Of a stretch of 64,000 nucleotides of DNA, positions 37,601 through 50,369 are shown in pieces. The notes under the pieces were generated by a model, which saw nothing but the letters and a program-made list of their open reading frames with translations, was not told the DNA's origin and searched no databases. Within the stretch, counting starts at the first letter, position 1, and the number at the start of each line of letters is the position of its first letter. The translations under genes and the position numbers were made by a program. Source of the DNA: Rhina ancylostomus (lineage: Eukaryota); the NCBI GenBank assembly GCA_030265395.1, contig JARFYF010000084.1, positions 59,398,680 to 59,462,679 on the forward strand, in the 5' to 3' direction.

Positions 37601-39569
37601 GTTATAAGATTATTATGGAAAAATTGAAATACTGCAACAATTCAGTTAGAGATGAAATTCAAGTGATATAATGTATGATTGCTATTTAGACACTGCCAGT
37701 AAAATTTCAATTCATGAGATCCTGTTACTTAAATAATAAAAGTTGCATGCTTGCAGTGGAATTGGTCCAGCCACAAGCCTGTGCTATGTTTGGTTGAAAG
37801 GTTATAATTTGACATAATCTAATGTTTCTGTCTCAAGCTTAAACCATTGAACAAACAGCAAAAGGTGTGTCAAAAGATTTTTGTTAAATACAGTCTTTAT
37901 ATACAGGAGTGTAACTGCTGGCATCTGCTTTGTGTAAAACTGATGCTTTTCGGAAAAGCCTGTGCATTTTTTGATGTAGCTATTAATAAATAATAATGAA
38001 AACCTGCCAACTACAGGTTTCATTTTCCAATAAAAGGAACACAGGGCATTGCAATGGAACATTTAGTTTCCTTTCTTCTGTAGCTTCTAAAGGGAATTAA
38101 ATTCAGAATTAAAAGAATGTGATTATTACCAAGCTCTACAAGTTAGTTAGATTATCAACTGTGCTGCCATAACAATGGAAAAATAATTATCAGCTTACAA
38201 TGAAGTAAACAGTTCAACTACAGAAACTAAATGTCCACTCCTGGGAAAATAGTTTTATGACTATTTTACTCAAAGTAAATCGTTGGGTGATTTGACACTA
38301 ATTTTAAACTTCTGGATTCCCTGGCTTTAAATTCTTATTCAATTATAGAGTTGTTGAAAATATATCCCTGAGTACTCTGAGGTCCCTTTATCAGTTTCAA
38401 TAACTTGTATGTTTGCTTCTATCTAGCAATCATAATATATAATTTCCATCAATATTTTTGATCAGGAACTTGGTTTATCTCAATGGCTATAAGGTACTTT
38501 TCAAACCACTTTTCTGTAAATTATGAAAGCTAATGATTCAAACAGCCTCTTAAGGATTATGTAGATTATTATGATATATAATGATCATTATATTCCATGA
38601 CTTTCAGTACCAGAGAATGAAAATTGAATGGGAAATTCAAATGCCTTAAAGGATCTGTTAGAGAATGAAGTCAAATGTCAAAAGATTGTTTAAGGATTTG
38701 GACCATGTGCCAGACCAAATAGCCATTATCAATGAATTTTATGCTGTGGTTATCTTTTGAATTCCAATTAATTTACTAATCCTCTTGTTGAAATTAGCTC
38801 AGCTACTGGGGTGATTAAAATTGAGAGTAAAGTGAGCTTCTTCTTCAATCAAGTATAGCAGCATGTTATTAAATAGAAGAAAATAGCAAATAAAGGTGAA
38901 TAACAGTTTTGCAGCACTTCAAGCTGCCATTGAAGCATGTATAACATTACTCTTATGGACTCCTAATTTACCTATGTATAAATTTTCGAAGGAAAAGTTA
39001 GCCTATGTTTAAAGAAGACGCAGGCTCAACACAATAATGCAAACAGGACAGGGAGAAGAATTCTCACTATATTTTCCAGATCCATCCTTTGACTCAATTC
39101 CACACATAGCCATAGACTCAGAACTGATTCGCAAAGCAATAGATTTGATGAAAAACTGCATAAAGGGTCTTGATCAGTTCAAACTGCTTTGAGCAAATCA
39201 TGAGTACTGAAAAAAGAAACAATATGTTTTTGTAAACCAATTCAGAGAACTTTGCAGTTGGGAGCTGTTCATTTTGTGATGTATCTGAATAAGGTAATCT
39301 TGGTCTATCATTTGAAAGCTGCCAATTTTGGCTGGTTTATCAGTGTGCAGCACATGTCATATTGGGAGTACCCAGAGCTCACAGCCAATTGAGTGAAAAC
39401 AGTGAGAGAAGAAGTGCAGGTATGAGTGCAAAAAAAAAGATTGATAATGTGGCTGTACTGAGAACTGCTGCATTGTCTGATATGATGACTTTTAGATGGG
39501 TCATTAAACCGAGCCCTTCCTGATCTCTCATGTAAAATATCTCATGGCACAATGTTAACAAAGAGAAGT

Positions 39570-39710
39570 TATGAAAATTAAAAACTGTAGATGCTGGAAA
39601 TCTGATATAAAACAGAAAATGCTGGAAACACCTCACAGATGAGGGAGCATCTGCAGAAAGAGAAACAGTCAATGGTTCAGGTCCAGGATACTTCTTCAGA
39701 ACTGGGGAGT
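39570..39710 (-). mobile_element. Solo Penelope pseudo-LTR fragment
   Basis: gatgctggaaatctg..aacagaaaatgctggaaacac with an antisense CTGAAGA core. Confidence 0.7.
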
Positions 39711-39784
39711 TTCCCTGGTATCCTGGGCAACATTTTTCAACATAGCACAAGGAAGTAATCAGATCATTAGCACACTCGTCCTCA

Positions 39785-40520
39785 AGTCATAGGTCATACA
39801 GCACAGAAATAGGCCTTTCAGCCCATCATGTCTAAGTACTCACATATATTATTCCCATTTACCAGCACTTGTTCCACAGCCTTCTGTGCCTTGGCAATTT
39901 AATGGGTCATCTAAATACATAGTGTCATAGAGTCATAAAGTTATACAGCATGGAAATAGGCCCTTCAGCCCAACTTGTCCATTCTGACCAAGATGTCTAT
40001 CCAAGCTGGTCCCACTTGACAGTGTTTGGCCCATATCCCTCAAAACCTTTTCTATCTGTGTACCTGTCCAAATGTCTTTTAAAGATTGTAATTGGACCCA
40101 TCTCTACAGCTTCCTCTTGTTCCATGTACCCATCATCCTCTGTGTGAAAAGGTTGCCCCTCATGTCCCTTTTAAATTGTTCTCCTCTCACCTTAAATCTA
40201 TGTCCTATAGCTTTAGACTCCTTAGTTTTAGACTTCTTAGATGTTGAGAGAGTACCTGCCTCCACCACCCACTCAGGAAGTGGGTTCCAGAATCCAATCA
40301 CCCTCTGTGTGAAAAAGTTCTTCCTCTGAACCCTTCTAAACCTCTTACCTCTTACCTTAAACCTATGGCCTCTGGTTTTAGACGTCTCTGTTATGAGGAA
40401 TAGTTTCCTACTATTCACCCTTTCTATGTTCCCCATGATTTTTATTTACCTCTTTCAGGTCTGTCCTCACCCTCCTCTGTTCCAAGGAAAACAAATCCAG
40501 CCTATCCAGTCTTTTCTCAA
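39785..40520 (-). mobile_element. Nested CR1 3' fragments
   Basis: One CR1 inserted in another; ORF 40104-40436 contains GHRFKVRG..FTQR twice. Confidence 0.85.
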
Positions 40521-40689
40521 TGGTGTTATGGGAACCAGTTGTATTATCAGCATTTTAAAGTGATTGCACTTCAAAGAAACACTTCAAGCACTTTGGGATG
40601 TCCTGTGGTTGTGAAAGGAGATAAATAAATGTCCTCATACTTATTACATTGCAGATGCATTTGTCAGTGATAGTTTTGGTAGGGGTAAC

Positions 40690-41040
40690 TTGAGCATAAT
40701 TCTTGTGGAGACAAAATCCTTTCTTCCTTTGAGGACAGTCTCCACTATGTTGTGTGGTAGGACCATCATGCTACATGGGATAAACTTAGAATAGATCTGG
40801 CAGCTCAAAACCAGGCATCCATAAGGTCCCATGGACCACTAACAGCAGCAGAGTATTCCACCACATTCTGTAACCCAATGGCCTCGCATAATCTTCACTC
40901 TACCATTACAATCAAGTCAGCAAATCAGCCTGGGTTCAAGGAAGATTGTAAACTGACTTGTTGGATCTGCAATAGTCAGATTTAATAATGAGGTTCCAAT
41001 CTGGAGAAGCTGTAATACAGGATTACATGAGTACTGAACA
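40690..41040 (+). mobile_element. Degenerate non-LTR retroelement fragment
   Basis: HSTITIK..QPGFKEDC, a decayed PWFN-type motif. Confidence 0.4.
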
Positions 41041-41234
41041 ATTCTGGTCCCATACCCTTCGCTGTACCTACTGCTGTCAGCCATTTCCTTCCATAGCTTA
41101 AAGGGAATTGGATAAAAATTGGCTTCTGTGACACTGGGGATCTCAGGAGGAAGCCAAGATGAATTACCTACTCAGCATTTCTGGCTAAGCCAAGATGTGA
41201 ATAATTCAAACTTGTCTTTGGTTCCCACATGGTG

Positions 41235-42010
41235 GACAATAATTATACTCAATACTGGTGCCCAGTAAGGCTGTGTCCTCAGTCCCTTATTATACTCCCT
41301 ATGCACTATGACTGTGTGGCCAACTTCTGCTCTAACTCCATTTAAAGGTTTGTAGATCTCACCACCATAGTGGGTTGGATTTCAAACAGCAATGAAACGG
41401 AGTACAGGAAGGAGATGGAAAGCCTGGTGGCATGGTGTCAAGACAACAACCTTTCCCTCAATGTCAGCAAAACAGAAGAGATGGTCATTGACTCCAGGAA
41501 GGGGGCAATGTACATGCTCCTGTTTACATCAATGGTGCTAATGTCAATGTCAGAGGGTTGAAAGCTTCAAGTTCCTCAGTGAATATCACCAATAGCCGGT
41601 TATTGATTTCAGGAAGCAGGGTGGAGCAAATGCCCCTAAGGGTATCAATGGTGCTGAGGTAAAGATGGTTGAGACCTTCAAGCTCCTAGCTGTAAATGTC
41701 ACCAACAATTTGTTCTGGACCAGTCGCATGGACACTATGATTAAGAAAGCACAGCAGGACCTCTACTTCCTCATAAGGCTAAGGAAATATGCCAGGTCCC
41801 TATTGACTCTTACCAATTTTTACAGATGCACTCTAGAAAGCATTTTATTGGATGCATCATAGCTTGGTATGGCAACTGCCCTGCCCAAGACTGCAAGAAA
41901 TTGTAGATAGTTATGAATGTAGCCCAATCTATCACACAAACCAGCTTCCTGTCCATTGACTCTGTCCACACTTCTTGCTGCCTCATGAAAGCAGCTAACA
42001 TTATCAAGCA
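41235..42010 (+). mobile_element. Rex1/Babar LINE RT C-terminal fragment
   Basis: ETEYRKE..AWCQDNNLSLNVSKT; KKAQQDLYFLIRLRK..FYRCTLESIL. Confidence 0.85.
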
Positions 42011-43342
42011 CAGAGAAATTAAACAAATATTTAGTGTCTGTCTTTGTGTATGAAGACCTGAAAAACCTTTTGGAAATAGTGGAGAACCATAGGTTGAGAG
42101 TGAATGGAGAACTAGAAGAAATTACCAATAGTTAAAAAGATTATATTGATAATATTGGAGAAATAAATGGGACTGAAAGCTAATAAATTTGCAGATTCAG
42201 GTGAAAATTTATTGACCTGAAGTAATAACTGTTTCTCTCTCCATGAATAATGACTGAGTATTTCCAGCATTGTTTGTTTATATTTATGATGAATTCCCAG
42301 GATTTGATTATTTGCAAAAGAAGGTTTTGAAAAAGATGGTTATGGAAGTAGTTGATGAATCTTCCAGAGGCCCATAGAGCGTAGAATACTTCTCACGGCT
42401 TGATTGGAAGTAAGTGCAATTTCAATTTAAAGAAGGAGGGGAGAGAAAATGGGGGTACTACAGATCAATTAGCCTAACATCAGATTGAAGGAAAATGCAA
42501 GAATCAATTCTTATGGCAGTGATAACAGGAAACCTAGAGTATTCTGACAGGATTGGGCACAATTTATGAAACTTGGATTTATGAAGGGGAAATTTTATTT
42601 AATGTGACTGTTACAGTTGTTTTGGTGTTGTAATTAGCAGAATAGAAACAGGGGAACTGATGTATTTGGACTTTCAGAAATCCTTTAATAAGATTATTAA
42701 ACAATATTAGGGGGTAATTTACTGGCATAGACTGAGGAATGGTTAACAAGACCAAAAATAAAGAGTAGGAATTGACTGATTATTTTAGGGTTGAGAGACT
42801 GTGGTGGAGAAGGGATCAGTACTGGAGCACTTTCTGATTTCTGTTCACAATCTATATCACAGTTTGGATGAGGAAACTAAGCTTACTATATTAAGTTTGC
42901 TGATCATGCAAAACAAGGTGGCAATATGAGTTGTGAGGAGGATGCAATGAGGCTTCAAATGGTATAGTGTAGTGAGGAATATAATGCAGAAAAGGTGAAG
43001 TTATCTAGTCTGGTACAAAAAAAACAAAAAGAAAGCAGAATATTTTCAATGATGCAAGATTGAAAAGTTTTAATGTTCAGAGGGAACTGTATGTACACAA
43101 GTGATTGAAAGTTAAGATGAAGTAAGATGCAAGCAATAAGAGAAGGTTGGCCTTTATTGCAGGAACATTTAAGTAGAAGAATAATGCTTAATGTGATTAT
43201 ATAGATATTGAACCTGGAAGATTGTGCAGAGGTCTGGTCTCCCTTTTTAAGGCAGAATATAGACTGATGCCTGGACGTGGCACCGTTCTGTGAGGAAAAA
43301 TTAAACTGACTAGGTTTATTATCTCTTGAGTTTAGAACTTTG

Positions 43343-43915
43343 ACATAGAGCAGTACAGTACAGAATAGGCCCTTCAGCCCACAATGTTGTGCCAACTAAT
43401 TAAAGCAATGACTCTTAATTAATCTAATTTCTCTTCCCAACACATTGACCATATCCTTCCCTTCCTTGAATATTCATGTGCCTATCTAAGAGTCCCTTAA
43501 ATGGCCCTATGCTATCTGCCTCTACCACCACCGCTGGCATTGCTTTCCAGGCCCCCACCTCTCCCTGTGTTAAAAAAAACTTGCCTCACACATGTCCTTT
43601 GTTCTTACCTCGTCTCACCTTAAATACATGCCCTCTTGTACTGGACATTTCAATCCTAGGAAAAAGATACTGGGTGTCTACTCTATCTATGCCTTGCATA
43701 ACTTTATAAACTTCAGTCAAATCACCACTCAGCCTCTGCCACTCCAGAGAAAACAGCCCCAGCTTCTCCAATCTCTCTTCATAGCACATGTCCTTCAAAC
43801 CAGGCAGCATCCTGGTAAAGCTTCTCTGCACTCTCTCCAAAGCCTGCACATCCTCCAAATGAGGTGACCAGAATACTCTATATGTGGCCTAACCAGAGTT
43901 TTTTTAAAGCTGTAA
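43343..43915 (-). mobile_element. CR1 3' fragment
   Basis: LERVQRSFTRMLPGLKDMCYEERLEKLGLFSLE. Confidence 0.9.
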
Positions 43916-44039
43916 CTGGGTAGATGCAGCAATAATATTTCCCTGTCTAAACTTGGGCATTCTGGGCTGAAATGAGAAGAATTTCTTCACTTCCTGAATA
44001 GTGAATTTACTACCCAAGTGAGCTTATTTATTTCAGCAA

Positions 44040-44345
44040 GAAAGGAGACCATTTGGCCCTTCAAGGCAGAGAAATCCTATTAGTCCCATTTCCTCTCTCC
44101 ATGTTCCCCTGTTCCCTTGCAATTCATTTTCTCTCACATGCCCATCTACTCCCCTTTGATTCTTTTTACCATTTACCCTACATCAATGATCAAGTTACAG
44201 CAGCCAATCAAATTCCTAGCATGTCTTTGAGATGTAGGAGGAAACTAAAGCACCCTGTAGAAGTCCACATTGGAAATGCCACACAAACAGCACTTGAAGT
44301 CAGGGTCAAACCTAACTCCCCATAGCTGTGAGGCAGCAGCACTAA
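44040..44345 (-). mobile_element. HE1-like SINE
   Basis: gggtcaaacc..gctgtgaggcagcagcactaa antisense head; similar to 25135-25470. Confidence 0.7.
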
Positions 44346-44970
44346 GGAGAGGCTTAATTGCTGTGTACGTTCAGAACTAAATTAATGGATTATTGGATAT
44401 TAAGGGAAGCAAAGGTTGCAGGATTAATACAGGAAAGTAGCACTGAGAGAAAAGGTCAGCCATGATAATACTGAAAGGCAGTGCAGGCACAGGGGTCCGA
44501 ATGCTCCAGTCCTGTTTCTACTTCTTAGGTCCTTCTGTTCTGAGACAATTACTTGGGAGAAGTAAGGGAGTTCATTCAAGTTCACCTGCTCAGCCACTGC
44601 AGACATAAGTGTTGCAATTCTAGGTGGCTTCCAGGTTGCCCAGAGCTCTGCTAGTCTGGGATACTCTAAGTTACCCAACTAGCCTACTTGGCTCATAAAA
44701 TGGATAAACATCTCCACAATACCAACAGACAACTAATCAGTGAACTCTGTTGAGCGGTGCTTGGGGCGGAGGTGTTTATTTCTTCATGTAAATTGCTATT
44801 GTACTTTTTTTTATTTTTCACACTTCTTTTCCTCCTTGTAAGAAATTCAACAAATGTTCACTATGGATAAATTTCTATGACTCTGCTCACATTCAATTAC
44901 AGTTTGTGAGCGTTGTTACAAAGATGTCGATAAATATTTTGCATATCCAGAAATGTTAGATGTTGGATAT

Positions 44971-45104
44971 CACATGAATGATAGAGAAATGGGGAGCTAT
45001 GTGAGAGGGAAGGGTTAGGTAGATCTTAGAGCAGGATAAAATGTCGGCACAATACTGTGGACTGAAGGGCCTGTGCTGTGCTGTAGTGTTCTATGTTCTA
45101 TGTT
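44971..45104 (+). mobile_element. Short CR1 3' end inserted in an ADCY10-like exon
   Basis: cacatgaatgatagag..gaagggcctgtgctgtgctgtagtgttctatgttctatgtt. Confidence 0.8.
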
Positions 45105-45269
45105 ATCTAACCTGATATAATTAAGAATATTTGGTCATTCTAGGGAGCTTACAAAGTCACTTGAACAGGGCAGTCATACTTTGACAGAAAATAATTGTTT
45201 TCTGTTCAATTTAACATAGCTATACAACTATAGTTAAGAAAGCAGTGTGTGTGGTAAAGAATCTACATA

Positions 45270-46135
45270 ATTATCTAGGTAGATTAAGTGAACGGGCAAA
45301 AATATGGCAGATAGAATACGGTGTGTAGAAATATAATTATCTACTTTGGGAAGAAAACAAGAAAATCAGGATATCATTTAAATGGAGACAGATTATAGAA
45401 TGCCTCAGGATGAAGGAATCAAGCTGTTCCAGAGAGTATTTAATGAGACAAATGAGTGCTGGCCTTCATTAAAGAGGGGGTGCATTATAAAAGTTGGGAA
45501 ACCTGGTATAACAGTGCAAGGATGAGGTTTCAGGGTACTTGGAAGCACATGATAAAATAGGCCAAAGTCACCATGGTTTCCTTAAAGGGAAATCTTGCCT
45601 GACAAATCTGTTGGAATTCTTTGAGGAAGCAACGGGCAGGAAAGACAAAGGAGAGTCAGTGCATGTTGTTTACTCAGATTTTCAGAAGGCCTTTGACAAG
45701 GTGCCACACATGAGGCTGCTAAACAAGATACGAACCCATGATATTAAGGGAAAGGTACCAGCATGGACAGAAGATTGGTTGACTGGCAGAAGGCAAGGAG
45801 TGGGAATAAAGGGGCCTTTACTGGTTGGCTGCCAGTGACTAGTGGTATTCCACAGGGGTCAGTGTTGGGTCCACTACTTTTCATGTTATATGTCAATGAT
45901 CTGGATGACAGAATTGATGGCTTTGTGGTCAAGTTTGCAGATGATACAAAGATAGGTGGAGGGGCAGGTAGTGTTGAGGAAGCAGGGAGTCTGCAGAAGA
46001 ACCTGGACAGATTGGGAGAATGGGCAAATAAGTGGTAGGTGGAATACAGGGTAGGGAAGTGTTTGGTCATGCACTTTGGCAGAAAGAATAAAGGCATAGG
46101 ATATCTTCTAAATGGGGACTGAATTCAGAAATCAG
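45270..46135 (+). mobile_element. CR1 RT fragments
   Basis: HGFLKGKSCLTNLLEFFE..DFQKAFDKVPH; SGIPQGSVLGPLLF..KFADDTKIGG. Confidence 0.92.
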
Positions 46136-46740
46136 ATCACTTTACTTTCCAGCTTTTTGCCTCCCTCCCTTCTTGAACAAGGGAGTTACATTCACAGTTT
46201 TCCAATTTTCTAGTACTTTCCTTGAACTTGGTTGATCTACTACCCATCTCTGCAGTTATCACCTTTAAAGTCCTTGAATATAGGTCATTGGATCCTGGTA
46301 ATTTGTCTGCCTTTCATCCTATTCGACTTATAATTTGTCCCATGCAATGGGAATTGTTACAAGTTCTTCCCTCCAACTTGAAACTAGCCCATTTTCCCAA
46401 GGATATTTATACAGGCAACCTCCATGTTATAACTGTTCGTATTACAGAAATTCACCCTTAGAGAATTCACAAATCACTACCCGAAGATTTGAGGTACAGA
46501 ATAAAATTCACTCTCAGATTTGTGTGAAGAATAGTGAATGAATCAACACAAATTTATTCTATTACAGCTCGCATTTCTTGACACTTGCACAGATGAGGCA
46601 GCTTCATGTTATGAAATATTGCGATAGGGCCCCTTTTCTAGGGATGCAACCCTTCCCCACACTCTGCAATGCAGGGCTTACCCGTATTGTCCTCCAGCAT
46701 GAAGACTGATAGTTGAGGAGACTGGTTTTGGACCAAAGGT

Positions 46741-46830
46741 CAAAGTCAAAAAAATATACAGTATGGAAACAGGCCCTTTGGCCCACTAAGTCCATATCAA
46801 CCATCAACCACACATTTACACTTAACCACA
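46741..46830 (-). mobile_element. Short CR1/SINE 3' tail inserted in an ADCY10-like exon
   Basis: tacagtatggaaacaggccctttggcccactaagtcc..atttacact, antisense CR1-type tail. Confidence 0.7.
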
Positions 46831-46999
46831 TCACAGATTTCTTGAAATCAACCTCAGGCAATACTTCTGTGGCCATTAAACAGGGCTTAAAGTACACCAC
46901 TGCTTCAGAGCTTAGCATGGGCTATGTTTATCCTCAAACTGTATCACAAATTTTATCACACGGTGATCACTATTCCATAGAGGATCCTTAACTACAAGA

Positions 47000-48620
47000 T
47001 CTCTTATTAATCCTACCTCATTATACCTGATCAAATCTAAAGTGGCCTGTTCCCAGGCAAGTTCTGCAATGTATTGCTTGAAAAACAGTCCCTGGTGCCC
47101 TGCATAAATTCCTCTTCCACAGTACCCTCGTTACTAATTTAGTTTATAGATTAATCAATATGCAGATTAAAATAACCCATGATAATGGCAGTTCCCTTCT
47201 TAAATGAGTTTGATATTTCCACATTTATGCTTTATCCTTTTGTGAGGTAAGACTTTGGGGACCTATTGACCATTCCCACCTGTGTCTTCTTTGCCCAACT
47301 ATTCCTTATTTCCATCCAAACTCACATCACAATCCACTATATCAATGTCTACCAGTGCACTGACACCTTCCTTGATTAACAACATAACTCCACTTTCTTT
47401 CTCTTGTTTGCTTATTGTTTTGGAAAATCAACAACCTAGAATACAGAATTCCCAGCCCTGGTCCCATTACAAACATGCCACTGGCACAGCTAGTAAATCA
47501 TTTTTCTATTTGAGTATCAACTCCACCTTCCCACTATGTGCTGCATTCATTCAGACAAAGAGCATTGAAGCTTTGACTTTTAATAGTTTTGTTTTACTTA
47601 CTGTGGATTCAAATTCCGCCGGACACTTTTGCTTGTGTTTTGTCTCTTCCTGTCACCGTTGGATTTTCAATCTCTTCTTCATTTTGCTGTGCCACTGATT
47701 TCTCATTTGCTTTTCATTGACTATTTCTCATCATCTGAATTCTCCTTCTCCTCCACCCTCACCTACCCAATTAGTTTAAAGCCTTGCTCATTACCCCATA
47801 ATACAAATCACCTGGACACTGATTCAAGCAAGGTTCAAATGAAGCCCATCCCAACAAAATAGCTCTCTTCCCCCTGTACTAATATCCCATGAATCAAAAC
47901 ACATTACTCCTACACCAGTCTCTAAACCACACATTTACTTTACTAACCTTGTATTCCTTTGGCCAATTTACACATGGTTCAAGTGACAATCTGGAGATTA
48001 TCATCTTTGTGGCTCTGCTTTTCAATTTTACCCTGAACTGATTGTAATCCTTCAGTAGAACCTCCTTCCTAATGTCATTAGTGCCAATGTGGGCCACAGT
48101 TGGATCCTCCTCCAAGTTATTCTCCAGTTCAGCTATGTCCTTAACCTTGCCACCAACCTTCAGGACTTCATCTCTGCTGCAGAGAACAGTGTGTTCTCCC
48201 AACTAGGCTCTCACACTTCTGCTTTCTGCCCCCTATGGACAGTTTGCATTCTCCCTGCAACCCCACACTATCCAAATGGGGAGCAAGACTTGGGTTTGGC
48301 CTGTCACTCTCACAGAGCTCCTCTCTGGATCCTTTTACCTGCTTTTGCCGTTGCACCCTCTGATCCCTGACCACTGATTATATTCAAGTTAACTAATCAA
48401 AAGGGAGATGCCTCTTTTCCAGAATGCAGCATCCTCGCAACTCATCTGTCCCTGATGTGTCACAGTGATTGAAGCTCATGCTCCAGCTCATTGAACCTAC
48501 ATTGAGATTTCTCGAGCAATCAATATGAGCTGCAGGTGTGATCACTGTGAACCACAATGGGGTCCATCAGTTCCCACATGCTGCAACCCCCATACATCAC
48601 CTGCTCAGCCATTCCTGTTC
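47000..48620 (-). mobile_element. CR1 5' region (ORF1 esterase-like domain and endonuclease start)
   Basis: DPTVAHIGTNDIRKEVL..KLKSRATKMIIS (GTND, SGNH-like); CSMWE zinc-finger-like segment near 48580. Confidence 0.8.
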
Positions 48621-49789
48621 TATTTAATTAATTAGATTAGTTGAATTGGATTTAATTATTTTAACCCTTTACACACCTGTGTGAATAAAAGAGCAGTCGA
48701 GGGGAGAAACATGGAGAATAAATGTCTGTGAATTTTTTACTATGCAAAACAACCACAGTTAGTAAATTAAACCCATGAATTAATTTGTAAAGGAATTTTA
48801 TTATATTTACCCAGAGTTTTCTAATATATTATGCAGTATATAATTTAGAGAAACAAAACTATTTATCAAATAATTAAATCAAAATAATTTTTGTGGTTGA
48901 GAATTAGTTTAAGTGGTTACTAGGCAGTCTATAAAGTTACTATTTTTAAATATAGCTGAAACCGAAAGAAATGGAGGATTAGAGAAAGGGTTTGAGCATC
49001 TGTAAGATATAAAATGCTCATTATCAGAGGTCATTGGTTTGCCAGATGCAAATCCAATTTCATCATTTTGTAAATTTATTTAAGATTGTTATTATTTCTG
49101 GGGGTCCCCCACACAGATGGATTCATACATTGACAGAGCAAAGAACTTGGTTGTGATATGCAATCATCCTGTTTTACATCCTCTGCAATTGTCATCCAAA
49201 GCCAACGTAATTAGGAAATGGAACAGATCAGTGACATACTGGATTAAACAGTGGATTTTCTCCTGCATTTAAATGGAAATAAAATTGCCCTGTTGCACGT
49301 CGCTCCCACAACAAAAAAAAATTTACAATTTCATAGAGTGAAGCTTAAAGGAGAGCCGGTGTGCAAAGTGGAAAACAAGCCCATAAATTTACACAGACTT
49401 CAGGGTAAAGGGCTTTACTTTGTATCTGACCTGAGAATACATAATAATAGTAATGGATGCTTTAAAAAGTGTTTCATTTCCTGCTGTTAACATCTCAACT
49501 TGAGCACAAAACTCACTTAAAAACCTGTTCTTGTATTACCTTGAACAGATTTACAATACATTAATTCCAAATGAAGTACAGTGCTTACACTTGATAAGTT
49601 ATTTACTTACCCTCCCTGGGGGAGAAGATAAATCTCAAACTGGACAACTAGCACATAGCATGCAGTTACCACCATATGTCTGATGAAGGATTTAAACCTG
49701 CATAGCAACCTGCAACATTCACATTACTGAATGGGTGAAAAATTAATGTCTCAATACAATCTATTCATTTTATTCTCAGCACTAAGAAT

Positions 49790-50135
49790 CATTAGGGGCA
49801 TAGATAGGATGAACATTGTTTTTTTCCCCCGGGGAAGTGGAACTTAAAACTAGAGGGTATAGGGTTAAGATGAGAGATGAAAGATTTAAAAGGGACCTGA
49901 GGGACAACTTCTTCACACAGAGGGTGGTGTGTACATGGAATAAGCTGCCAGAGAAAGTGGTTGAGGCAGGTACAATAACAACATTCAAAAGACATTTGGT
50001 TAAGTATATGGATAGGAGGGGTTTAGAGGGATATGGGCCAAACACAGAGAACTGGAACTAGCTTGATGGGCACTATGGTCAGTATGGATAAATTGGGCCA
50101 AAGGGCTGTTTCCATGCTGTATTACTCTATGACAA
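49790..50135 (+). mobile_element. CR1 3' fragment
   Basis: KTRGYRVK..RFKRDLRDNFFTQRVVCTWNKLPEKVVEAG. Confidence 0.9.
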
Positions 50136-50369
50136 TGAAGAGTCTTGCCAACGTATGGCAGGTGGTACTATGGAGAACCCGGGCTGATTCATTTCATCCT
50201 CTGTATTTAGAGAATCCTCTGTATTCAATCATTCAGAGCTTCTCTTTGACATACCATTTAACCACACGTTTTTGGTTATCTATTCGAAAAGAAATGGGGA
50301 GCATTGATAAAATCCAAATTATTATAACATAGCTAACAGTAACTATAAAAATGATTTTGAGTATCTCAG

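Larger units (their letters stand above)
42010..44540 (+). mobile_element. Old CR1 ORF2, interrupted by a younger CR1 and a SINE
   Basis: Decayed YRSISLTS, GFMKGK, YLDFQK, KFADH motifs; CR1 tail near 44520. Confidence 0.7.
8074..49290 (+). pseudogene. ADCY10: Soluble adenylyl cyclase (ADCY10/sAC)-like multi-exon pseudogene
   Basis: Collinear exon remnants (window vs recalled human ADCY10): 8074-~8264 LTVFDIS..NGSERLV vs LMFVDIS..RGAEQLV; 11055-~11210 DILKYA vs DILKFA; 11314-11605 IETVGD, LGKYIM vs IESVPD, LQKYVM; 11685-11783; 13680-13845 GTVFRG..QKISVA vs GIVFCG..QKVNLA; 14154-14368; 14957-15113; 19824-19915 YSL*HDFF vs YCLLNDIF; 20064-20240; 22337-22482 GIPSIC vs GIPFYC; 22795-22981; 35354-35626 LRFCRPL, RDQTK, EPLILS vs IRFCNPM, KDQRK, EKLILS; 37576-37672; 38608-~38748; 39080-39293 VMYLNK vs YMYLNE; 44843-~45170; 46402-46493 LYRQPPC..CSYY..NSPLE vs LYRQTVC..CKYY..NTALE; 46593-46962 GNTSVAIKQG vs GHLDLAIELG; 48956-~49290 NLVVICNHPVLHP vs NLVAQNTTGPVFCP. 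Most exons have canonical splice sites and carry in-frame stops or frameshifts. Confidence 0.85.

Noticed and set aside
44529-44610. Apparent acceptor and exon GPSVLRQLL
   Set aside because: The acceptor is the pyrimidine-rich CR1 3' tail.
35354-44970. STK31 similarity (YLNK, QIMSTEKR)
   Set aside because: Only isolated short matches; ADCY10 explains these exons collinearly and much better.
8074-49290. ADCY2, a human MTRR neighbour, as the cyclase identity
   Set aside because: No transmembrane blocks; the motifs and long C-terminal region are sAC-type.
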